Positions 37,735-49,639 of a stretch of DNA of 64,000 nt are shown here, in pieces. The position numbers and the translations under genes were made by a program. Source of the DNA: Stegostoma tigrinum (taxonomy: Eukaryota). The notes under the pieces are model-generated. The model did no database searches. It worked only from the letters and a program-made list of their open reading frames with translations, and had not been told where the DNA came from. Where the stretch lies: NCBI RefSeq assembly GCF_030684315.1, contig NC_081386.1:17369914-17433913 (forward strand), written 5' to 3'. The first letter of the stretch is position 1. Each line of letters begins with the position of its first letter.

Positions 37735-39049
37735 CCATTAAGCATCTTTGTGTTTAAAATAACTTAATTCTGCTTTTTTAAGGGACTACAGCAAATGGGA
37801 TCAATGAGTACCGTGGGAATGTTGTGTTTTGCTTGCCATCTCTTGTCTTTTTTGGCATTAGTGGCAAGGCTCAAATTTGATGGTCAGTAAAATGATTGCC
37901 TTGCTAGAGCACTTTACAGTCAACCACAATGGTGTGAACCTGGAGTGGCAGGTAGGAACAGTGCAAACAGTGATAGCAGATTTTCTTTCAAGGTCACCAG
38001 TGAACTAAGTGATATTTAATGTCTGAGTTGCAGTCCTTGTTAGCAAACAAACTTTCATTTTCCATGGTGGATTGGAATCAGGTCCCAGAGCTTGTGTCTG
38101 GACTACTAATATCTTCTCCATCAGACACTGGAGCAGTACTATAATTTAATTTGGGTGTGATACTGGCCTCCTTGAATCATCCCCACTAAATATCATGATA
38201 TACTTACCTGCTTTCAAAAGAATTTCTGAAAAATGGAGTAACTGGTTAACTCTACAGCAGCAGCAGGTTATTGGGCAAGTTTATCTATTCTGAACCAACC
38301 TCCTTTGGTTGAGCCTATGTCCTCAATTGTTTTCTTTGCTGACTAGGGGAGTTCCTTTTTAAATCTGGTTGAACTGATGTTGGTTTCTTTTTGAAGGAAT
38401 GTGCCCTAATTAAATACAAGGTAAGTAGTATGTGATTACATTGTCATTTATTACGTTTGTACTAAACACAATTGTTGCTTTTAGACTATCCAATAAAAGT
38501 CAAACGTATTTAAGCCTGAATATGAACAAGTGTTGCCAGCCACTTTTACTTAGTAGGAAAAAGGTATTTTGAACTAGATGATGTGATTTATTAGTCAAAT
38601 AGAATGTTTAAATTTGCATGCTCTTGGTACAATAATGTAGCTTCAAATATACAGTATACTCAGTTGGATTAAAATAACCCAAACACAGTTGGAAGAATTT
38701 TTAAAGCTATTTATTACTAGTACAATCCATCTACTTGAGTGATCTGCAGACATTTTAAACTGTCCTAAAATGAAAAATTTGGTCAAAGTATTAGTAGTTG
38801 ATGGCACAGGCAGTTAACTTTGTATGCTAGTTTTTGATGCACGGCTCATCTTTCAGTAAATTTGCTTTCATTCCATTTAAATCTGAAAATTTTTTCCCCA
38901 TTTGGACCCAATTTTCAAGATAAGATTGTCAGACTGATGCAAAATTGTCAACGCCCCAATCACTTACTGCCCTGCCCCACCTCACCCCATAAAAACAAAG
39001 TGAGAGACAGGATAGTCAGTGCTACCTAACAGCATTTACTTAGCAATAA

Positions 39050-39208
39050 GTAGTAACAAGGTGTAGAGCTGAATGTACACAACAGGCCAGGCAGCAGCAG
39101 AAGAGCAGGAAAGCTGTTTCGGGTCTGGACCCTTCTTGGACTGCCGTGTTCATCAGCTCTGCACCCTGTTATGTCAGACACCAGCATTGGCAGTTCTTAC
39201 TGTCTCTC
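39050..39208. mobile_element. Short head-to-head Penelope-tail insertion
   Basis: Internal inverted arms (aacaaggtgtagagctga... / ...tcagctctgcaccctgtt). Same layout as 1531-1663. Confidence 0.75.
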
Positions 39209-40619
39209 TTGCTTAACAAGATGTTCAAAGTCTTTTGGGCACTGTCAAGGCCAGTCAATCCGAAACTTGCTTAAGGTCTTAGTCCAAATATGGACAAAAA
39301 TGCTGAACTGAGTGGGTGCTGAAAATGAGGCCATTATATTCCTACCCACTTTGACCACTCATATATAACCTGTTTAAATTTCTTCTCAGCTTGTGCCCTC
39401 CATGTCATATGTTACTATCTACATTAATAACTTAAATGATGAGGCATTGAGTAAACAGTTGAGACCCCTGCACTAAACTTGGCTGTAAGTTTTTCAGATT
39501 CTTGTGATTGGACAGTCATTTTCAAACTTTAAAGTTTGATTTTGTTATCATTTCAAGTATTTGCTATTTTCCAGATCACATTTGCCCCTTTCGTTGGCCC
39601 AGACTCTACAGAGGTAAAATCCTCTGCAACTGTTGTTGTGTTTAATGTTGTGCCCAACCACGCCCCTCCTCTTCCCCCCTGCCCCGCCCCAAAAAAACTT
39701 TCAGGGGGCATCTAAATACTCTCCAGTACTCTGACCTTTGATCTTGCCAATCTCCACCCCTAATGATTCCACTTCCTAAGTATGCACCAAGATCACTTCT
39801 TATTTCTGTCCTTATGTCACTTTTTACCACACTCAGGCAGAAAGAGATGAGGTAGCCCTGGTAATAAGAGTTTGTTTCTCTAGTTGCGATATAAATATTT
39901 ATTTCATAGATTAGGGAAATTTCTCCCACACAAGAATGCTACTTTTCCACAAACCAGCAATTATGACTTCTGGCTTACTTTTGTACTTAACCCCCAATTA
40001 CCAAAAGGACAAAGAATAACCTTACTGGAACAAGCTCATACCATTCAGCCTGGGACATAACACTGAATCAAAATTCTGGGAGCTCATCAGGGTGGTTCAC
40101 CACTGCCAACACTCCTCTGATCATTGAACAAAGTGAAATGCATTAACTCTATCCCTCAATGCAACAAGGCTAGTTGTTTTTGAAGACTGTATATCACCAC
40201 ACTTTTATAAATTAAGATGCTGTGTCACATTGATCTGGGATAACTCTTTCAGGTAATCACCTGACTGCTAATGGAACTCGATTTCAACATGTGAACACAT
40301 GCCAATAGTTCTATCAACAATTTTATCAAATACTTCAGGTGTTAAAAACGTAACCGGAGAAATTCTGGAACTCCGCTCCTAATATTCTTCTTTATGTACC
40401 TAGAGCAGAGGGATTATATCAGTTCAAGGCAGCCACTCATCTCCTACAGCTGAGGGATCGGTAACAAAATGTTGGCCTTGTTGGCAATGCTCAAATCCCG
40501 TAAAATCCAATAAGAACTGTAACTCAAATCAGCATGTCAACGGCTCAATGAGATCAAAATTAGAATGCAAATCAAGCTATATCTAGAAACAAAATCAGGA
40601 AAAGTGACGTGACTCCAAA

Positions 40620-41598
40620 AAAACTCAACTTCTTTATAGATTTATTCCAAAAATGCAAGAATACATTTTCCCAGCATCAGTACCACATTTATACATGTGA
40701 ACTTTTAAAGAACAATCTTCCTTTGGAAAAGAAAAATCAAATTTCTGCTGGTAAATGTAGAAAAGAATTGTCAATAAATACAAGTACTATTTTGCAAAAA
40801 GGTGAACCCCCCATCCCCGCGCAGTGTTCAACATTTGAATGATTACTGTAGAAAAGTATAACTACAGATAGGTGACATTTGTGCAATTCACTGCTATAAA
40901 ACATTGTGAATAATCTATTTGAGAATATACAGTGGAGCCTCAGTTATGTGCTTCCATTACGTGCATTCTCAATTATAGCTTATGTACGATTTTCAAACAG
41001 TTCCTGACTCAGCTGGATAAGTAGACAATTAGACATCCAGTGTTTGGTTGAATTTACTATCTGTGCAGCTGATGCTCAGGGGACAGGAGACTATAACAGC
41101 CAAGGTTGTCAAGCATTCATTAAAAATGTTCAACTTTTAATATAGAAAAGATTGGATGTTATCTACATGCACTACGAGTTTGATTAGGCCATCCAAAAAG
41201 ATACAACTGAATCAAAAATAACCACTGTTCGACTAAGTTTAAGGGATTGCAACCCATTGAATTTTCATTACTTATACAGAGGGTTCCCTCACTGCGCCAG
41301 CAGCAGGTAACTGGGATTCCACTGCCATGTTCTCCCCAATACAAGACATTTACACAAATCAGATTGAAAAGTATAACTGTTTAGTTTACTCCATCTTCAA
41401 CAGTAGTGGTGGTAAAGAAAAAAAATACATTAGTTAGTTAGTCACAAAACCATTTTCTAAAAAAAAACAAGGTTTAATAACGTGTCTGTTGAACAGGAAA
41501 AACATTTGTGAAGAGATAGTTGGTGTACACATTGAATAAGACTACCAAGTACAGACAAATCTCAAAAACAGAGACTAACTGCTACAAACATTGGTACA
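40620..41598 (-). other. SLTM: SLTM 3'UTR (about 1 kb)
   Basis: From the stop codon to AATAAA on the minus strand (tttatt at 40641-40646), with U/GU-rich sequence downstream. Confidence 0.7.
40641..40646 (-). terminator. Probable SLTM polyadenylation signal
   Basis: AATAAA on the minus strand, followed by TATAAA and a U/GU-rich stretch. Confidence 0.65.
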
Positions 41599-41737
41599 TC
41601 AGAATCTTCGTGGAGCACCCCCTTTGAATGGTTTAAAACGAGCATCTCCTGATCCATGTATTCCTTTGGAGCCTGAGACACTGCCTCCTTGCATTGTGTT
41701 GTTGGTGATCTGCACAATTCTGTTTGCTACAGAAGGA
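41599..41737 (-). CDS. SLTM: SLTM terminal coding exon
   Basis: actgtAG|T, encodes (S)PSVANRIVQITNNTMQGG...RFKPFKGGAPRRF then TGA. The C-terminus matches the remembered SLTM end FKPFKGGPPRRF. Confidence 0.95.
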
Positions 41738-42680
41738 CTACAGTGGGCAATGAAAAAACATAAGATACTAGTGAAGAATTCTGATCAGTGGCTACAAATA
41801 ACTTGCATTTAAACCTTAAGACAAAAAATATTAAAACTGTAGCAAAACATGCTAAATGAAGCAAAACTAAGTAATTGAGCAACATAACTGTTGCAACTTT
41901 TTTCTAAAGGTAGTTTTTGAATTAACCTAACACCAACCATCAAGAGATAATAAAGTCACTTTGGACTGTCAATAATCTGTAGAAGACTTTCCTCATGAAT
42001 TAAGTCATCTTTTAATTTGTTGTATCAAAAGCTTTCAATAGAAAGCAAAAGGAAGCATTAAAGAGCCACTAATCAGCATCTTCATGAGTTCAAATTTGTT
42101 CTGTGCAGCCGGAACATTTTAGACGTACTAACAGGAGTCAGTTCTACATTTTGAGAAGTGAATACTCAGAATTGAAGAGCGCCCATGTCAACAAGTGCAA
42201 AGTTACTGCTTGAAGCTTCAAATGTAGTTACGTGTGGTCAGTGTAAAGAAGAATGTAACTATTTAGTGGGTGGGCCATTTTTTTGTCTGATCAAAATACT
42301 TTAAGCGCACGCTTAACCATTCTTTTATCTCGGTTGCAAAGATTCCCACACAGTTTGAGGCAAAGTCTTCCTTCAAGTTGTAACTGTTGAGTATGGGTAA
42401 TTAATTCAGGTTGAGGTAGCACAACACCAAATCAAATTTATCACCAACGAAATGCCAACTTATAGGCAGGGGCAACAGAAGATTTATTAAAGAAAAATAA
42501 GGAAACCTTTTTGATGTTGGAGCACTGTACAGTGAACCAATGCAAAACTGACATGTTGCCCAAGTTTTGCAAGTGAACCAGAATTTTTATGACAATGCTA
42601 GTTTCATGATGATTGTGGAATTAAAGAATTTATGTTCCATATTGGCAGATGTCTCGACCATGCTCAAACTTATCACAACC

Positions 42681-43818
42681 TACTGAACTTGTGGTAGAGA
42701 TTTTAAATTGCAGACAAGGTTTAACCTGGCTACAACCTGAGCAAAGTAGTCAATATCTAAATAACCTACAAGGGAAAGTTGAGGCAAAAATCAAAAATGT
42801 TTTTCAAGAAAGATTAAGAATTAATAGAAAAAAAAGCTTTTCTGACTGGATACTGAAGCACAATGCAGGAAAGAAAGATCAAAAAGGAGAAAAATCACTA
42901 AAAGTGACTCACTGAGCATTGCTGGATACATTTGGAACTGTGAAGAGAGCCAATCACATCAGTCTATTTCTGTCTTTCTTAAAAAGGTTTTCTAAACAGC
43001 CTAAAAGGGCATCATCTGGCTTAGATGGCTGGTCTACCATGCAGAGTTTTTGCAACAGCATGGTTTCAGTTTCTGCACTGGTTTGGGTTACCATGAAGGA
43101 CTCTACTCCTCAATCTGTCACCAGAGATGTGGCAACCCTTTGGTTAAACCACTACCAGTCATCTCTTTCCAATGATGTAGGACTGGCAAACTGTCCATTA
43201 ATTTTGATTTTGGCTAAGTTACTCACTGCTGCAAAACATGTATTTGGAGTGAAACATGGCTTCTTTAGCAATGAAATCGAAGACCCTAACAGAATCTACA
43301 ATTGTAAAACTGGATGAATTTCTACTTTCTTTTGGAAAAGAATTCAAAATTTACAGTGGACCTCCCAAAAAAAACTTGAACTCATTAAGCCTTGGGTTTT
43401 TCAAATTTTAAAATCCTATATGAAATATTCCATGCTGTTGGAAAAACTCTGCATTGTAGACCAGCCATCTGAGCTAAACAATGCTCTTTTAGGCAGTTTA
43501 GAAAACTTTTTTTTAAGGAAGGCAGAAATAGACTGATGTGATTGCTGGATAAATTTGGAACTGCGAAGAGAGCCGATGTTCAGTGAGTCACTTGTAGTAA
43601 TTTTTCTCCTTTTTGATCTTTTTTCCTGCATTGTACTTCAATATCCAATCAGAAAAGCATTTTTTTTCTTTCTATTAATTTGAAATCTTTCTTGAAAAAC
43701 ATTTTTGATTTTTGCCTCAACTTTCCATTGTAGGTTATTTAGATAGTGACTACTTTGCTCAGGTTGTAGCCAGGTTAAACCTTGTCTGTAGTTTAACATC
43801 TCTACCACAAGTTCAGCA
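42681..43818. repeat. Long inverted repeat: arms 42681-43063 and 43430-43818, spacer about 365 bp
   Basis: The left arm aligns to the reverse complement of the right arm along its whole length (roughly 90% by eye), except one 31-bp block in the same orientation in both arms. Confidence 0.95.
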
Positions 43819-44639
43819 TCTGCATTTGCAGGGCGAGAACTGATCAGATCATCTAGAGTTCCTTAACACCATAGGATTTTCTGAGGTGCCTTACGTTTAA
43901 TGTAATTTACAGTGAACCATCTAGCTGAAACGCGAACCAATTATATAATGAATTGTAATGTTAATACGATTTGAGCTTATGTTGACAAATGGCCAAAAGA
44001 ATTCATAGGCTGACCACAGGAAATTGTAGGGGCATATAATCTGCATGCTGTGAACTTGAAAATAAAAAAATTAAGCATGAAAGCTACAGAAAAATAAAAT
44101 GCAAAAAGACAGATATTTCCAGTACTTTGAGAACCACCGGCCCAAGTTGCTGCGCAAGTTGACAGGCAATGATTGAACCAATCATGGCACACAATCAAGT
44201 CTAAACATCACAACTGAGGTGATGTCCTGAATAAAGCATTAGTTTTCTTATAAATTTCATTCTTGTACTTAATGGGCTCAGGAATCAAAATAGTACTTGA
44301 ATAAGGGAAGGCCCAACTTTATTTAAACAATTTTCAAAGCTTGATTTTTGTTTTAGGGATGGTATTAGACATTTGACATTGGGGCATCCACAGGCAGAAG
44401 GCCCAAATTCTGGCACACGTAAGGGAAAGAATTGTGGACAATTGCTCTTGTTTATGACAATCTTAGGATCTTGGCAGGAAATGTCGGTAGACCTACTGCT
44501 GTGGGCAAGAATTAGCTTCTACGCACATTCAGCAAATTGCTATACTTGCAGGAAATATTCAAGAAAAACAGTAACCCACTGAATAAATCAAAACACCATG
44601 TGGTGTTCCAATTTAAGCAAGCCAGCCTTGCCTTTGGAG

Positions 44640-45680
44640 GTCATATGTTGGCATGGATAGAGGTGGGGTTCACTAGAATATAATAGTTAGGATGGGGGCA
44701 TGTTTTCAGGATGGCAATCTGTAACTTAGTAGTGTGCTGCAAGGATCAGTGGGCCACAACTGTTTACAACAAATAATGATGATTGTGGAAGAAGAAACTG
44801 AATGTACTATTGCCAAATTTACAGGTGAGATAAAAACATGTGGGAAGGCAAGTAGTGAGGATGTCACAAAGAACATGCAGAGGGATACAGACAGACTACA
44901 AGAGTGGGTAAAATTGTGCCAGATGGAATATGTGGGGAAATGAGGGCTTGTGCACTTTAGCAGGAATAGAGGAGCTGAATATTAACTAGATGGAGAAAAA
45001 CTGCAGAAATATGAGGGGGGGGGGGAAAAGAGGGGAGGGAGGAGAGAAGATTTAGGATTCTTCATTCACGAATCAAAAACACCAAAAGGTCAGCAAGCAA
45101 CAGAGAAGTGAAAAAGAATGTTGGCCTTTATTTTAAATCAAATGGAGTACAAGTAGAGAGGTTTTGCTAAAACGATACAAGTCACTTGTTTGACCACAGC
45201 TGGAAAACCATGAACAGTTTAGGCCCCTTAAAAGATCGAAAGATACACTGGCATTGGAGGTAGTCCAAATATCGGCGCTGTGCTAACAGGTATGGAGAAA
45301 CTGTTTTATGAAGAGAATTAAGTAGATTGGGCCTGTACTTGTTGGAATATAGTAAAGCGACAGGTGCCTTCATTATGAGATTCTTACACAAACTAACAAA
45401 TGAGGTGCAGAAAGGCTGTTTCCTATCATGAGCAAGTGTAAGGCGAGAGGACATAATCTCAGAGGATTGAGATTCCGTGGAACTCTTTACCAAAGACAGC
45501 TATTGAGGCTGAGTTATTATCTCAGGGCTGTAATGGGCAGAATTTTAATCACTAAGGGAATCAAGTTTTGTGGGGAACAGCCAGAAGAGTGAAACTGAGG
45601 AACATCAGATTAGCTGTGACATCTCAATGAATGGCACAACAACTCAATGGGCTGAATGGCCTACTTCTACTTCAATGTCA
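44640..45680 (+). mobile_element. Degenerate CR1-type LINE fragment
   Basis: Translates LQGSVG...ECTIAKFTGEIK...MQRDTDRLQEWVKLCQME; CR1-like tail near 45650. Confidence 0.8.
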
Positions 45681-46169
45681 AATAAAGTCAAATCCTCAGA
45701 TCAACATGTTCTGATGTCAACAATGCTGCTGTTCAAAAACTCCAGGGTATATGCTATTTTAAACTGTTTTGGTTATAAACAAGTCTTCCAAGATCAACAT
45801 CAAGATTGATGTTAGCATTTTCAACAATACTTGAGGTGGTTTACAGCATACTGTTGTTATGGAAGCTGAAATCTCAAATAAACAATACAAATGGAATGAT
45901 TCATGCTATCAAATGAAAGACACCAATAAAATTGCTGCCATCTGTACAAATTCACCAAATAATTTCAAGAAATAAAACCATAGTTTCCAGCCTACTTTAG
46001 ATCCTCGCCATTAAAACTTGTAATAATAATTCTGCAAGAAGATATGAAGGAGCATAGTGTAAAAGCCTTTTCCTCATCCTTCTCTTCAGAGATGTGTTGC
46101 ATCAAACAATGCTCACTGGTTATTAAATGCAGAGATGATCAAATTTGGAACACTAGGGCAAGACAAACG

Positions 46170-46500
46170 TAGCACTGCTGCCTCACAGCACTAGGGATTG
46201 CTGGCTCAATTCCGGCCTCGGGTGGCTATCTGTGTGGAGTTTGCATGTTGTCCCATGTTTGTGTGGGTTTCAACCGGGTGCTCCGGTTTCTTTCCACAAT
46301 TCAAAGATGTGTTGGTTAGGTGGATTGATCATGCCAAATTGCCCACAGTATCTAGGAATTTGTAGGCTCATTGGATTAGCCATGGTAAATACAGAGTTAT
46401 AGGAATAAGATAAGGGTTTGGGTCTGGTTGGGATGCTCTTTGGCGGGTTGGTGCAGATTCAAAGGGCAAAAATGATCTCTTCCTACACTGTAGGGTATCT
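46170..46500 (+). mobile_element. HE1-type SINE
   Basis: tagcactgctgcctcacagc...tgtgtggagtttgca...tacactgtaggg, the same body as other copies. Confidence 0.88.
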
Positions 46501-47000
46501 ATGCTAATTTCACAAGCATCCAAAATAGTACCAATTATTTATTTAAATTTTGGTAAGAGATGCATAAGTTACTTTTGTACAACTATCTAAATGGAAACAC
46601 TCAGAACACATCATGTTTATGAGGTGAGAATGCTTTTAATGCATTAGAAATTTTTTCTTTTTACACAGATAAAACAAAGTTTGCTTTTCCCAACATAGAT
46701 ACAGCAATGAACCTTTAACATTTGACTACACAAGTAAGCAAACTATTTTGATGGGCTGGTATTCCTCAATGTTTAATTGCGAATAAACCTTTCACAGTGA
46801 ACATCCAATAGGCTTCACCAAGCTAACCATCCAAAAACATCTAGAAGCAATACACTTATCCTAAGTAGATTTTCAGAAAAAAGTAAGCCCCTTTAATATA
46901 AAAACCAGTCAAAAATGTAATACCATACAGAAAGAGTTTACAATACATATATTCAAAGTTACAGGCAATCAAAACAGCTAACAAAATGCAACTTCAATAC

Positions 47001-47167
47001 CTGGATAGTGGAATCATGCCAGGACCACGACTGTCGCTCATTCGTCTCATGTCTTGATAGCCAGTGCCTTGAGAACCAGGTCCAGGATGCCAACTGTTCC
47101 GTGGTCCTCCTGAATCACGACCATGACGTTCTACCACTACATGTCTGTTATCATGGTAGTGAGATTG
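47001..47167 (-). CDS. SLTM: SLTM penultimate coding exon
   Basis: ttcccAG|CAA, encodes QSHYHDNRHVVVERHGRDSGGPRNSWHPGPGSQGTGYQDMRRMSDSRGPGMIPLS, donor AG|GTATTG; 167 bp. Confidence 0.94.
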
Positions 47168-47554
47168 CTGGGAAGAGATTAAAATTAACTATGGACACAA
47201 TAATAACACTTCCATTTTGCAAATTAGTATTATGCTGCACTTCTGAATGAAATCTTTAAAATAACCTACTTGTGGAAACACAACTGATTTCATGTTTTCT
47301 CCAAATATTGAAGTAAATACAATAAATACAGCTAACTATGCTAAGTAGGTCTGCATCAGCCAACACTTATACATGTAACATCAGGTATATAAAATGCATG
47401 GTCACCCCAAGTTGAAAGCAAGCAGCTGTGTTTCGTTTGTGTCAATCAAAATTAAAGCATAGTTCTTTACAAAACAATTCATCCTTAAACAGAACAAAGC
47501 TGCTAGCACCTGTTATCTCATAACTCTAATTAATTTTGTTCAACTTTTCCGTAC

Positions 47555-47693
47555 CTGAGAATTACCACCTCTGTCTCCAATTGCAGGTCTTCCACCATCT
47601 CTGCTGTTATACCCAGCCATACCACTTGGTGGTCCACTTCGTATATTTTGTCCAGACCTCTCTGGGCGCATCCGATCTCTCTCTCTCGAAGTT
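47555..47693 (-). CDS. SLTM: SLTM coding exon
   Basis: tttAG|A, encodes TSRERDRMRPERSGQNIRSGPPSGMAGYNSRDGGRPAIGDRGGNSQ, donor CAG|GTACGG; 139 bp. Confidence 0.92.
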
Positions 47694-48445
47694 CTAAATT
47701 ACCACAAATTAATTTAAGGTCACTGACTGCTAGCTACTTACAAGCTAACTTGCTGACTCACCCATGGAATTTTTCATTAATAACAAAAGCAACATTTCAT
47801 AAGACTTTTTTTGATTCCAAACACTAGCTTGAAAAATCAAAGGCAGTTCACAGCTAAGCAATAAAGAATCGGAATACATAATCCAGCCATTTAGTTTGCA
47901 CTAGCATGGTACATGGTTCAGACTTGTAAATGTAACCCTCCTCAGACGGCTTTCCAAGCAGTTGTATTTCAATAATTCACTAGCACAAGGAGGAATGAAT
48001 GCTGTCTTCTGGAACACCAACTTGACGGTTTTCAAAATCAAAATCCAAATGCATTCTCTTAAGATCAGCAGGTTTAAAATTGATCCTTACATAATGCATT
48101 GCCATCTTTTTGGTTTCTCCTCCTCCAGTGATGGTGATTCCACATAGCAAGGCATTCACAACTAAACACGAATCCCGGTGAAGGTAAAAACGTGAAGATT
48201 AAAAATTAAGCCCCCTTCCCGGAAACACCACTGAACCATTAGAAGTCACCTGAAACACAGTTGCAATTTCTCATAGCTACATATTATAATCTCTAACACC
48301 ATGCAAGTATCACTAAATCTGGCTATGATCTTGTACATAAAATGTAATGAGAATTTTCTGTAATTTCTGAAAGGATAACTAGGACAAAGTTACAGAAACA
48401 TGTGCAATACAGACTTGTAAAATTCAGACAAAATTTCCACGTTAC

Positions 48446-48829
48446 CTTAATTCATGTTTTGTCGAGCCCAAGCTACCACTAGGCTTCCAATCATCGGGTC
48501 GAGAAGAATTATGACTTGGCCGACTGTGATGGACTCCGTGGTCCTCCATCCTATTACGGTCAGTAAAGTTTCTTGATGGGGACATCTTTTGCAGATGCTC
48601 ATGTCCCCTGCTAGCAGCTGAGCGGTCCTGAATTGTTACAGTTCGCCGATCATCTCTCTCCCTAATCTCTCTCCGATCAGTATTTGCGTGAAGTTCACTT
48701 CTTTGTTGGGAAGATGGTCTTCTAGAATCATTGTATGGCTTTGGATAGCGGTTGTAACCAGTGTCCTCTCTGCGACTGCCAGAACGATTCTTTTTTCCTT
48801 CTCCTTGATGGTTGTAGCGATCCCCACGT
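48446..48829 (-). CDS. SLTM: SLTM coding exon
   Basis: ttgcAG|A, encodes RGDRYNHQGEGKK...RYPKPYNDSRR...RRTVTIQDR...DDWKPSGSLGSTKHEL, donor AG|GTAACG; 384 bp. Confidence 0.94.
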
Positions 48830-49161
48830 CTGCAAATTTGTGGAATAACATCAAGTATTAGCTTCATGTAGTAGCCATTATGGTTCAGCCAAACTCAGAT
48901 TGTGGTGTAAAATGTCATCATAGTCATTCAAGGGTTCATTGCACCATTCGAAGAAACAGTTGGGTTGATTTTGACTCAGATGCACATCCATTACCAAAAA
49001 CAGATCAGGAATACACTATGCAAATAGCAGCTATTAACCCATATCCAGAGCTCTGGTGCAATGTACAATCTCAGCACGCTGCCTTTGACATTATTTTCAA
49101 CAGCTGCAGTTTAAAAAGAATCAGATTTCACTTGAGGAAATCATAATCCAGATGCACTCAC

Positions 49162-49299
49162 CTATCAAATGATGGTACTCTGTGGTCAAAGTCATTGTAG
49201 CGATTTGGTTCTTGGCGACTGTAATCAGAACCATGACCAAATCGAGCATCGTGGTCCATAGCTCTCCTTTTATGTTCGTTCCAATAGGGATCATCACGT
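49162..49299 (-). CDS. SLTM: SLTM coding exon
   Basis: cctAG|A, encodes RDDPYWNEHKRRAMDHDARFGHGSDYSRQEPNRYNDFDHRVPSFD, donor AG|GTGAGT; 138 bp. Confidence 0.95.
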
Positions 49300-49639
49300 C
49301 TAGGTATTATAACATTTACATAGTTTAATTTTGGAACAGTTTTTAAAAAAAGTTCACCTAAAATTTTAGGTTCAGATAGAAAAAAAACAAACATGGTAGC
49401 CAATGCGAAAATTTTCTTTCAATGGCTCTGTAATTCTAACAGTTTTTGAAACCCACTTTATTTGCTATTTTTGTATGGAAGGGGAAACAAAAGGCAATCA
49501 AGAAAACCTAGCCTTACAAGAATGGAGTAGCGAGTTGTGATGTAGTGCTGCTTTAGAGGTAAAACACCTTCATTCAAAATATAAGATCAATCACCCTCTG
49601 CTGCTGCGTGGAGACAATAAAGCAGCTACCACTCAGCAT

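Noticed and set aside
40927-41000. TACAGTGGAGCCTC Tc1/Tigger-like terminus (similar words at 23344, 43352, 43907)
   Set aside because: No matching opposite terminus found; too short to support a DNA transposon call.
41721-41730. Alternative acceptor (ctgtAG) 11 nt inside the last SLTM exon
   Set aside because: It would break the frame set by the phase-2 donor at 47001.
42649-43631. ORFs 42649, 42919 and 43416 sharing peptide text (DGWSTMQSF)
   Set aside because: The similarity is a by-product of the inverted repeat; no domain or splice support.
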